DNA of 64,000 nucleotides from Mobula hypostoma (Eukaryota). Below the pieces are notes generated by a model that saw only the letters and a list, made by a program, of their open reading frames with translations, did not search any database and had not been told where the DNA came from. The stretch is from NCBI RefSeq assembly GCF_963921235.1, contig NC_086108.1, forward strand, positions 9,610,001 to 9,674,000, read 5' to 3'. The translations under genes were made by a program, and so were the position numbers. Of this stretch, positions 25,101 to 34,578 are shown piece after piece; positions within the stretch are counted from its first letter, which is position 1, and each line of letters opens with the position of its first letter.

Positions 25101-28100
25101 GTCGGTGGTGAAGAAGGCGAATGCAATGTTGGCATTCATTTCTAGAGGAATAGAGTATAGGAGCAGGGATGTGATGTTGAGGCTCTATAAGGCACTGGTG
25201 AGACCTCACTTGGAGTATTGTGGGCAGTTTTGGTCTCCTTATTTAAGAAAGGATGTGCTGACATTGGAGAGGGTACAGAGAAGGTTCACTAGAATGATTC
25301 CGGGAATGAGAGGGTTAACATATGAGGAACGTTTGTCTGCTCTTGGACTGTATTCCTTGGAGTTTAGAAGAATGAGGGGAGACCTCATAGAAACATTTCG
25401 AATGTTGAAAGGCATGGACAGAGTGGATGTGGCAAAGTTGTTTCCCATGATGGGGGAGTCTAGTACGAGAGGGCATGACTTAAGGATTGAAGGCCGCCCA
25501 TTCAGAACAGAAATGTGAAGAAAATTTTTTAGCCAGAGGGTGGTGAATCTATGGAATTTGTTGCCACGGGCAGCAGTGGAGGCCAAGTCATTTAAGGCAG
25601 AGTTTTTTTAGATTATGAAGATACGTAGTCCCCTTTTATTGTCATTTAGTAATGCATGCATTACGAAATGATACATTATTTCCTCCGGTGTGATATCACA
25701 AAAACACAGGACAAACCAAGACTGAAAATAACTGACAAAACCACATAATTATAACATATAGTTACAACAGTGTAACAATACCATAACTTGATGAAGAAAG
25801 TCCGTGAGCACAGTAAAGTTCAAAGTTTCTCAAATGTCCTGCATCTCACGCAGACGGGAGAAGGAAGAAAAACTCTCCCTGCCATGCCGACCACAATCCG
25901 ACTCTGAGTCATCTGAAAACTTCGAGCCTCTGATCAGCTCTCTGACACCGAGAACTGAGCGCCATCTCTGTCCGATCGATTCAACCTCCTTCTCGGTCGC
26001 CAAAAGCAGGCAAGGCCGGGGATTTTGAGGCCTACCCTTTGAAAGATTCCCGACCACACAGTAATGACAACAGCAAACGGGCTTTTCAGAAATTTCTCCA
26101 GATGTTTCTCTGTGCTTTCACGTCCATTCTCCATCAAATCAGAATTGTCCACGGCCTATTTAACAGATACGACATCATTTATAGGTTGATTTTAGAGATT
26201 GATAGGTATCTGAGTAGCCAGGGCATCAAAGGTTATGGTGAAAAGGCGGGGGAGTGGGACTAAATGGGAGAGTGGATCAGCTCATGATAAAATGGCGGAG
26301 CAGACTCGATGGGCCAAATGGCTGACTTCTGCTCCTCTGTCTCATGGTCTTATGGTTTCAATAAGATCCACCCAGATTCTTCTAAAATCCAGCAAGTGAA
26401 GGCCCAGAGCCGTCTGATGTTCCTCACTTGGGTGGGTGTGGGCTCGTTGGGATAGATGGGCCTGTTACTGAGCTGTATCTCTAAATAAAAAAAACTAAAT
26501 ACATACTACACAGAGAAAATTTACAAGGAAGTTGCCGGGTCTGGAGGACCTGAGTTATATGGAAAGACTGAATAGGTTAGAACTTTGTTCCTTGGAACGT
26601 AGAAGATTGAGGAGAGATTTGATGGAGGTATACAAAATTATGAGGGGTATAGATAGGGTAAATGAAAACAGGCTTTTTCCACTGAGGTAGGGTGGGATGA
26701 CAACCAGAGATCATGGGTTAAAGGTGAAAGGTGAAAAGTTTAAAGAGAACATGAGGGGAAACTTCTTCACTCAGAGGGTGGTGAACGAGCTGCCAATGCA
26801 AGTGGTACATGCGAGCTCAATTTCAATGTTTAAGAGATGTTTGGATAGGTACGTGGATGGTAGGGGTATTTAGGGCTATGGTCCTGAAGCAGGTCGATGG
26901 GAGTCACTAGTTTAAACAGTTCGGGACAGATTATATGGGCTGAAGGACCTGTTTCTCTGCTGTACTTTTCTATGACTCTATAACTCAATGCATTACCCAG
27001 TGTGTTGAGCTCGAGGAAGGTAAAACAATAACAATGCAGATTAAAGCATAAAAGCTATTGAATGGGTGCAGTTTACTGTAAAATTACGTTATTTTTTTCC
27101 TGTCTGATGAATGGTCTTTGTCCTTTGGAGCCTTCCTGCCTTACTAAATCTTCCCTCCTTTGTTAGTTTACGACTTCCTCGGATTGCTTCCACTCATTTC
27201 ATTTTCCCCAATTATCATATGGTATTCATTCCCAGTTCAAAGTGCAACAGGTGCTTATGTTTCTTAACAGCTGATCAGATTCATAGTTTACAGCTATAAG
27301 TATGTGCATCACGACAAGAGGGTGTCCTACCCAATGTGCCTGATCTTCAGCAGCCCGCAGGGTGAGTTGGTGAGGTTGGTCTGCTACCGCACCGGAGCCC
27401 CTTCTGAGAAGTATTGTCTCATCATGGCTGTCACTTTGCCCGTCCTTGCTGGGATGTTGCTTTCAGCTTTCTCTGAGTTTGCATTGGCTCTTGCTTGGAA
27501 CCTGTGTCTTGTTTGGGATATGACTTTTGGTTCGGATGCGTGTCTTGTCGGGGTGCATGTCTTGTTGGAATCTGTGATCTGTGTCTTGGTTGGGATGTGT
27601 CTTGTCGGGCTCCGTGTCTTGTCGGGCTCCGTATCTTGTCGGGATTCGTGTCTTGTCGGGATTCGTGTCTTGTCGGGATCTGTGTGTTGTTGGGATCTGT
27701 GTTTTGGTTGGGACTTGTGCCTTGTTGGGATGTGTGTCTTGTAGGGATCAGTATCTTGTTGGGATCTCTGTTTTGTTGGGATCTGTGATCTTAGACACAT
27801 GGATGAAAGAAAATTGAGGAGTATGTAGGGAGGTTTAGATTGATCTTAGAGTAGGTTAAGAGGATGGCACAATATTGTGGGATGCAAGGCCTGTTTTAGA
27901 AACATAGAAACATAGAAAATAGGTGCAGGAGTAGGCCATTCGGCATTTTGTGCAGTAATATTCTATGTCCCATATTAAAAAGCCTAAAAATATATAAGGA
28001 TTGGAAGCTGTGGGTTGGCCACTTAAACCTGCTCTGCTTTTTAGTGAGACCACGCTTTTAGAGTCCAAGGACTCCCAGCCTAGAGTCCGCAGACCCCTCA

Positions 28101-31100
28101 GTTAACAGTAGGGGTCCATAACATGAAAAGGTTGGGAACCCCTGATTTAGACCATTAGAAAAATGGAGGGCTATACCAGAAGGAAGCATTGGATTTATCT
28201 TGGCGTAGGTTACAAGGCCAATAGAACATCATGGGCCTATATTGTGCTGTAATGTTCTATGTTTTGTGCTGTACGGCTGACCCAGCTCCCTACACTCACT
28301 TCACAGCCCTGAGTCCCTTCATATTTAAACTACCACCCGTCTGCACCTTAGATAATGTCAGTCCCCTCAACCTCTGGTGGAGAGGGGCTTCCAGGCTCAG
28401 TAATTCACTGATGCTCTCAGCTGTAACACCCAGTATGACATGCCCTGCAAATTCCTCCTCCCAGGTGTAGCCAAGGAAAGTGGTTGTTACTTCTGAAACT
28501 ATTGGGACCTTGGTCACCAGCTGCTGGATGAGGGGGAGTGATGGGGTGGGGGGGAGTTGAGGTTTCTCTTCTCACTCCTCACTTAGGAAGGTGGGCAGAT
28601 GCAGTGACCCCAACACTTAGTTTTAAAGCCTCTGGGTGTCTATGTTCCGCCAGACTCCAGTTTATGCTGGGACACACTACGAACAACTCTAACCTTGATT
28701 TACAGGTTGTAATCCCCAACAGCAGGTGATGTACGCTGGGAGTAAAAACAGATTGGTTCAGGCTTCAGAAATCACCAAGGTGGGTGTTGCTGAGGAATGA
28801 GTATTGTTTCTATGCTTTTTAAAACCAATTGTTTGGAATTCTCTCAGGTTTCTCTCCTCCCCTTTCTTCCAAGGCCCACTCTCCTCTCCAGATTCTGTCT
28901 TCTTCTACCCTTTACCTTTTCCACCTATCATCGCTCAACACCAACCAGTAATCCCAACAACAACCACTAATCCCAACAACAACCACTAATCCCAACAACA
29001 ACCACCAATCCCAATATCAACCACTAATCCCAACAACAACCACTAATAACAACAGGAATTCTGCAGATGCTGGAAATTCAAGCAACACACATAAAAGTTG
29101 CTGGTGAACGCAGCAGGCCAGGCAGCATCTCTAGGAAGAGGTACAGTCGACGTTTCAGGCCGAGACCCTTCGTCAGGACTAATTGAAGGAAGAGTTAGTC
29201 ACTAATCCCAATATCAACCACTAATCCCAATATCAACCACTAATCCCAACAACAACCACTAATCCCAACAACAACCACCAATCCCAATATCAACCACTAA
29301 TCCCAACAACAACCACTAATTCCAACAACAACCACCAATCCCAATATCAACCACTAATCCCAACAACAACCACTAATCCCAATATCAACCACTAATCCCA
29401 ACAACAACCATCAATCCCAATATCAACCACTAATCCCAATAACAACCACTAATCCCAACAACAACCACCAATCCCAATATCAACCACTAATCCCAACAAC
29501 AACCACTAATCCCAATATCAACCACTAATCCCAACAACAACCACTAATCTCAATATCAACCACTAATTCCAATATCAACCAGTAATCCCAACAATAACCA
29601 CCAATCCCAAAGTAATACTAATCCCAAAGTAAACTACTAAGCCCAACACAAACCACAAATCCCAACATAAACCACTAATCCCAACACAAACCACTAAATC
29701 CCAATATCAACCACTAATCCCAACAACTACTAATCCCAAAGTAATACTAATCCCAACAACTACTAATCACAATGTCAACCACTAATCCCAAAGTAAACCA
29801 CTAATCCCAACATAAACCTCCACCCAATGAATCTCACCCCACACAAAATTCCCAAGCCTCAACCAACACTCCCAAACTCCACCGAGTGAATCTAAACCTC
29901 ATCCAACCCTCCCAAACCCCACCCAGTGAATCTAACTGCCACTCAACACCCCAAACACCACCCAACCTATTCAAACCTCACTTAGTGAATCTAACACCCA
30001 TCCAACACTTTCAAACCCTACCAGGTGAATTCAACCTCACCCAACACTCTCAACCCCCATCCAGTGAATCTAAACCCCACACAACACTCCCAAATCCTGT
30101 AAAGTGAATCCAATCCCACCCAACCCAATGGATCTAACACCCACCCAACACATTGAATCCTCACCCAAAACTCGCAAACCCTACAAAACACTCCTAAACT
30201 TCACCCAGTGATCTAACCCCACCCAATATCCTAAGCATCACCCAACACTCGTAAACACCACCCAACATCCCAAACCTCACTTATTGAAACTAAGTCCCAC
30301 CCAACACTCCAAACCCCCAGTCAACACTCTCAAACCCCGCCCAACACTCCCAAACCCCACCCAACACTCTTAACCCCACCCAGTGAATCTAACCTCCACC
30401 CAACATCCCCAAACCCCACTCAGAGAATCTAAGCCCCACCCAACACTCCAAATCCTCACCCAACACCCAGTGAATCTAACCCCCACCCAATGCCCCCAAT
30501 CCCCACCAAGTGAATCTGACCCTCACCCAACATTCCAAAACCCCACCCAGTGAATCTAACCCGCACCCAACACTCCAAACCCCACTGAATGAATCTACAC
30601 CCATCCAATACTCTCAAACCCCACCCAGTGAATCTAACCCCACCCACCACTCCCAATCCTCACCTAACACTACCAATCTTCAGACAACAGTCTCAGACCC
30701 CACCTCGTGAATCTAACCCACCCAACGCTCACAATCTCCAGCCAACACTCTCAAACTCCATCCAGTTAATCTAGTCCCCATTCAACACACCCAAACCCCA
30801 CCAACACTGTCAAGACCCACCCAGTGAATCTACCTCCCAAACCCCACCCAGTGAATCCACACTCCCAAACCATACCCAATCAATCTAATCCCCACGTAAT
30901 AGTTCTAACTGCCACCGAACACTCCCAATACCAATTGAATGAATCTAGCCCCACCCAATACTCCCAAACCCCACTCAACACTCTCAAATCACACCTTGTG
31001 AATCCAACACCACCCAACACTGCCAAAACACACCCAACACTCTCAATCCTCACCCAACGAATCTAACCCCACCCAAAATTCCCAAACCCCACCCAACACT

Positions 31101-34100
31101 CCCACACCCCACCCAACACTCTCAAAACCACCCAATGATCTAACTCCACCCAACACTCCCAAACCCCACACAATGAATCTAACTCCCACCCAATAATCCC
31201 AAGCCCCACACAATGAACCTAACTCCCACCCAATAGTCCCAAACCTCACCCAGTGAATATAACCCCTACTCAACACTCTCAAACCTCACCCAGTGAATGA
31301 AACCCCCACCCAACCCTCCCAAATCCCATCTAGTGAATCTAACCACACTCAACACTCCCAAACTCCAACCAATGCTCTCAAACCCCACCCAGTGAATATA
31401 ACCCCTACTCAACACTCTCAAACCCCACCCAGTGAATCTAACCCTACCCATCACTCCAAAATCCCTCCCAGTGAATCCAACCCACACTCAGTGAATGAAA
31501 CCCCCACCCAACCCTCCCAATTCCCATCCTGTGAATTTAACACCACCCAACATTCTCAACCACACCCAACAGCCCCAACCCCCACCCAACACTCTGAACC
31601 CCCAGTGACTCTAACACTCCCAATACCAATTGAATGAATCTAAGCCTCACCAACATTCCCAAACCCACTGAGTTAATCTGACCCTCACCCACTACTCCCA
31701 AACCCCTCTCAACACACCCATACCCCACCCAGTGAATCTAAATCCCACCCAACCCTCCCAAACCCAATGCAGAATCTAACCCCACTCAACACTCCTAATC
31801 CCCCCAAGCACTGTATCCAGTGAATCCGAATCCAATGCAACACTCCCAATCCCCCAACACTGTATCCAGTGAATCCAAACCCTATGCAACACTCCCAATC
31901 CCCCCAACACCGTACCCAGTCAATCTGAACCCTATGCAACATTCCCAATCCCCCAACACTGTATCCAGTGAATCCGAACCCTATGCAACACTCCCAATCC
32001 CCCAACACTGTATCCAGTGAATCTGAACCCAATGCAACACTCCCAATCCCACAACACTGTATCCAGTGAATTCGAACCCTATGCAACACCCCAATCCCCC
32101 AACACTGTATCCAGTGAATCTGAACCCTATGCAACACTTCCAATCCCCCAACACTGTATCCAGTGAATCTGAACCCTATGCAACACTCCCAATCCCCCAA
32201 CACTGTATCCAGTGAATCCAAACCCTATGCGACACTCCCAATCCCCCAACACTGTATCCAGTGAATCTGAACCCTATGCAACACTCCCAATCCCCCAACA
32301 CTGTATCCAGTGAATCTGAACCCTATGCAACACTTCCAAACCCCCAACACTGTATCCAGTGAATCTGAACCCTATGCAACACTCCCAATCCCGCAACACT
32401 GTATCCAGTGAATCTGAACCCTAAGCAACACTCCCAATCCCCCAACACTGTATCCAGTGAATCCAAACCCTATGCAACACTCCCAATCCCCCAACACTGT
32501 ATCCAGTGAATCCGAACCCTGTGCAACACTCCCAATCCCCCAACACTGTATCCAGTGAAGCTGAACCCTATGCAACACTCCCAACCCCCCAACACTGTAT
32601 CCAGTGAATCTGAACCCTATGCAACACTCCCAATCCCCCAACACTGTATCCAGTGAATCTGAACCCTCGGCAACACTTCCAATCCCCCAACACTGTATCC
32701 AGTGAATCTGAACCCTATGCAACACTCCCAATCCCCCAACACTGTATCCAGTGAATCTGAACCCTATGCAACACTCCCAACCCCCAACACTGTATCCAGT
32801 GAATCTGAACCCTATGCAACACTCCCAATCCCCAACACTGTATCCAGCGAATCTGAACCCTGTGCAACACTCCCAATCCCCCAACACTGTATCCAGTGAA
32901 TCCGAACCCTATGCAACACTCCCAATCCCCCAACACTGTATCCAGTGAATCTGAACCCAATGCAACACTCCCAATCCCACAACACTGTATCCAGTGAATT
33001 CGAACCCTATGCAACACCCCCAATCCCCCAACACTGTATCCAGTGAATCTGAACCCTATGCAACACTTCCAATCCCCCAACACTGTATCCAGTGAATCTG
33101 AACCCTATGCAACACTCCCAATCCCCCAACACTGTATCTAGTGAATCCAAACCCTATGCGACACTCCCAATCCCCCAACACTGTATCCAGTGAATCTGAA
33201 CCCTATGCAACACTCCCAATCCCCCAACACTGTATCCAGTGAATCTGAACCCTATGCAACACTTCCAAACCCCCAACACTGTATCCAGTGAATCTGAACC
33301 CTATGCAACACTCCCAATCCCCCAACACTGTATCCAGTGAATCTGAACCCTAAGCAACACTCCCAATCCCCCAACACTGTATCCAGTGAATCCAAACCCT
33401 ATGCAACACTCCCAATCCCCCAACACTGTATCCAGTGAATCCGAACCCTGTGCAACACTCCCAATCCCCCAACACTGTATCCAGTGAAGCTGAACCCTAT
33501 GCAACACTCCCAATCCCCCCCAACACTGTATCCAGTGAATCTGAACCCTATGCAACACTCCCAATCCCCCAACACTGTATCCAGTGAATCTGAACCCTCG
33601 GCAACACTTCCAATCCCCCAACACTGTATCCAGTGAATCTGAACCCTATGCAACACTCCCAATCCCCCCAACACTGTATCCAGTGAATCCGAACCCTATG
33701 CAACACCCCCAATCTCCCAACACTGTATCCAGTGAATCCGAACCCTATGCAACACTCCCAATACCCATTGAATGAATTTAACCCCCAGCCAACATTCCCA
33801 AACACCACTCAGCGAATCTACCCCCAACCAATGCTCCTAAACTCCACCCAGTGAATCTAACCCCTAGCCGTCACTCCCAAATCCCACCTTGTGAATCTGA
33901 ACCACCCTGGGAAAAAAATCACAATCACAAGTGTTTCTGCAGATGCTGGAAATCCAGAGCAACTCACACAAAACGCTGGTGGAGATCAGCAGGTCAGGCA
34001 GCACCTATGGAAATGAATAAACAGTCAGCGTTTCAAGCTGAGACCCTTCAAGAAAAAGTCTCCTTCCTCAAGCAAAAAGTCCAAGCTCACTCAATCTATC

Positions 34101-34450
34101 CTCTTAAGTCTTTAATCCAGGTAACATGCTGGTAAATCTCCTCTGCCCCTAACTCGAGCATCCTTGTGCAAACTCCACACACAGACTGCGTCCAAGGAGT
34201 TGAACCTGGGTGTCCAGAGAGCTTCCCACTGTACCACAGTACCTCATTAGATCTACTGACGTTTGGGGTTTCCATACTGTGAATGCATCTTCTCCCCACG
34301 CCGTTAGTGAAGTCCACCACATGACTTGGTGCCAAAGGCAGGTCACACTCACTGGCTTCTCCTCTTGATTGGCAACAGGTTTTCGAGATTCGGAACACCG
34401 AGGAGCTCACCGAAAACTGGTTGTGCGAGAAGCTGGCGTTTTTCCGCTGA
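6062..34450 (+). CDS. GMFG: Glia maturation factor gamma-like (ADF-H domain, Arp2/3 debranching factor), 7 coding exons, 142 aa
   Basis: Spliced translation [142 protein letters not shown]. Exon sizes 3/97/50/50/83/74/72 sum to 429 nt with consistent phases. SDS, KVDK, YVH, NRLV and the FFR terminus favour gamma over beta. Confidence 0.93.
6210..6620 (+). mobile_element. Rex1/Babar-like LINE 3' fragment (related copies at ~1255-1565 -, 13320-13975 +, 35210-35800 +, 35830-36240 -, 38690-39110 +, 45654-45872 -, 53480-54005 +, 55940-56872 +, 58990-59430 +, 63800-64000 -)
   Basis: Recurrent C-terminal motif DPHHPGH.LFSLLPSGRRYRSL.T.T.RF.NSFFP.AIR.LN followed by an AT-rich 3' UTR ending in (tgattc)n or (tttgaac)n. 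Confidence 0.65.
6690..6768. mobile_element. Short hAT-like MITE (related copies ~725-790, 7432-7515, 28066-28144)
   Basis: Inverted ends ggggttcccaa / ttgggaacccc and an imperfect 8-bp flanking duplication (tactaaag / cactaaag). Confidence 0.55.
7625..7935. repeat. (GA)n/(GT)n compound microsatellite, purine-rich tract
   Basis: Directly visible. Confidence 0.95.
8060..8335 (-). mobile_element. tRNA-derived V-SINE (HE1-like); further copies ~16185-16360 +, 16420-16590 -, 16700-16870 -, 24340-24540 -, 48905-49270 -, 58045-58315 -
   Basis: B-box-like GGGTTCAATTCCC and the V-domain core gagtttgtacgttctccccgtgaccgcgtgggtttcctccgggtgc.ccggtttcctccc.cagtccaaag. Confidence 0.75.
11147..12392. mobile_element. 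Non-autonomous pogo/Tigger-like (Tigger4/MER46-type) DNA transposon carrying nested inserts
   Basis: TA|CAG...CTG|TA ends and (aaaatcc)n subterminal repeats at both ends; interrupts the CR1 frame. Confidence 0.6.
11780..12080 (-). mobile_element. RTE-clade LINE 3' fragment
   Basis: [13 protein letters not shown]...[22 protein letters not shown], the RTE C-terminal signature. Confidence 0.8.
14368..14464 (+). CDS. GMFG: GMFG exon 2 ([32 protein letters not shown])
   Basis: ggtcAG acceptor, GTGAGT donor, 97 nt. Confidence 0.95.
15037..15569. mobile_element. Non-autonomous RTE-related retroposon with 10-bp target-site duplication
   Basis: GTACATATAT at 15027-15036 and 15570-15579. The internal ttggatttaagtgaggga...ggatccagtggcaaga resembles RTE-derived SINE/UTR sequence (from memory, unsearched). 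Confidence 0.55.
16952..17001 (+). CDS. GMFG: GMFG exon 3 ([17 protein letters not shown])
   Basis: Polypyrimidine tract and ctAG acceptor, GTGAGT donor, 50 nt. Confidence 0.95.
17863..17912 (+). CDS. GMFG: GMFG exon 4 ([17 protein letters not shown])
   Basis: ttttccttccAG acceptor; followed by the U12 donor ATATCCTTT; 50 nt. Confidence 0.95.
18150..18760 (-). mobile_element. DNA transposase C-terminal remnant, probably Chapaev (CMC) type
   Basis: FVGPQIKQ...[14 protein letters not shown]...(frameshift)...[30 protein letters not shown]. Confidence 0.6.
18929..19395 (+). mobile_element. Tc1-family non-autonomous element (copies at 55119-55345 plus 56873-57153, and 59710-59970)
   Basis: End motif agtggccactttattagg and the paired-like HTH region MGKKCDLSDF...[22 protein letters not shown]. 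Confidence 0.8.
20665..21976. repeat. 36-bp tandem repeat (~37 units); the minus strand encodes ([12 protein letters not shown])n
   Basis: Unit cctgttgatcctgtggtcatggggagattggtcatg with 33-bp and +15-bp variants. Confidence 0.95.
25005..26356 (+). mobile_element. CR1 LINE 3' portion interrupted by a ~590-bp insert (25604-26190)
   Basis: ORF 25042-25518 [13 protein letters not shown]...[13 protein letters not shown]...RGDLIETF; continues at ~26193 ([15 protein letters not shown]) to the 3' tail. Confidence 0.85.
27279..27361 (+). CDS. GMFG: GMFG exon 5 ([28 protein letters not shown])
   Basis: 83 nt, GTGAGT donor, conserved GMF motif YSYKY...RVSYP.C.IFSSP. Confidence 0.95.
27500..27792. repeat. 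Degenerate 17-bp tandem repeat (tgtgtcttgtcgggatc)
   Basis: Directly visible in GMFG intron 5. Confidence 0.85.
28706..28779 (+). CDS. GMFG: GMFG exon 6 ([25 protein letters not shown])
   Basis: tttacAG acceptor, GTGGGT donor, 74 nt, MYAGSKN motif. Confidence 0.95.
28937..29815. repeat. 19-bp tandem repeat (ccactaatcccaacaacaa / ccactaatcccaatatcaa)
   Basis: Directly visible; interrupted by a PLE-derived insert at ~29050-29199. Confidence 0.95.
29144..29181 (-). ncRNA. Minimal type I hammerhead ribozyme of a Penelope-like terminal repeat
   Basis: Minus strand reads UAGUC CUGACGA AGG gucucgg CCU GAAA C GUC GACUG: stem I, core, short stem II and a palindromic ACGU stem III. Confidence 0.65.
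29820..31800. repeat. Degenerate ~39-42-bp C-rich satellite (ccccacccagtgaatctaaccccacccaacactcccaaa)
   Basis: Directly visible; resumes at 33760-33905. Confidence 0.9.
31800..33760. repeat. Homogeneous 49-bp minisatellite (~40 units)
   Basis: Unit aacactgtatccagtgaatctgaaccctatgcaacactcccaatccccc. Confidence 0.95.
34379..34450 (+). CDS. GMFG: GMFG exon 7 coding part ([23 protein letters not shown])
   Basis: caacAG acceptor, TGA at 34448-34450. Confidence 0.95.
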   Translation, partial: VFEIRNTEELTENWLCEKLAFFR

Positions 34451-34572
34451 TGGCCTGACTTTCACCCTGGCCGTGCAACCATCTCACCCGGAGAGTTTGG
34501 TTTGTTGCATCAAAGCATATTAGAGCAACACAACACAAGCTTCATTTTAATGCTGGAGTTTTATACTGCGGA

Positions 34573-34578
34573 AATAAA
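34573..34578 (+). terminator. Probable GMFG polyadenylation signal AATAAA
   Basis: First AATAAA after the stop codon (~120 nt downstream), followed by a GT/T-rich tract at ~34597-34618. Confidence 0.6.

Larger units (their letters stand above)
17913..27278 (+). other. GMFG: U12-type (minor spliceosome) intron with AT-AG termini, GMFG intron 4
   Basis: 5' splice site ATATCCTTT (17913-17921); U12-like branch point TTTCTTAAC (27260-27268); 3' AG at 27277-27278. The junction restores CG|A = Arg67. Confidence 0.9.

Noticed and set aside
27241..27270. Alternative AG acceptors (27249-27250, 27269-27270) for GMFG exon 5
   Set aside because: Both shift the frame relative to the U12 donor; only 27277-27278 yields the conserved QPRFIVY.
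28937..29815. Telomere-like appearance of the 19-bp repeat
   Set aside because: No TTAGGG arrays; the unit differs from vertebrate telomeric repeats.
31800..33760. Regular 49-bp array as a CRISPR array or coding repeat
   Set aside because: No unique spacers, eukaryotic intron, and a unit length not divisible by 3; the ORFs are artefacts.
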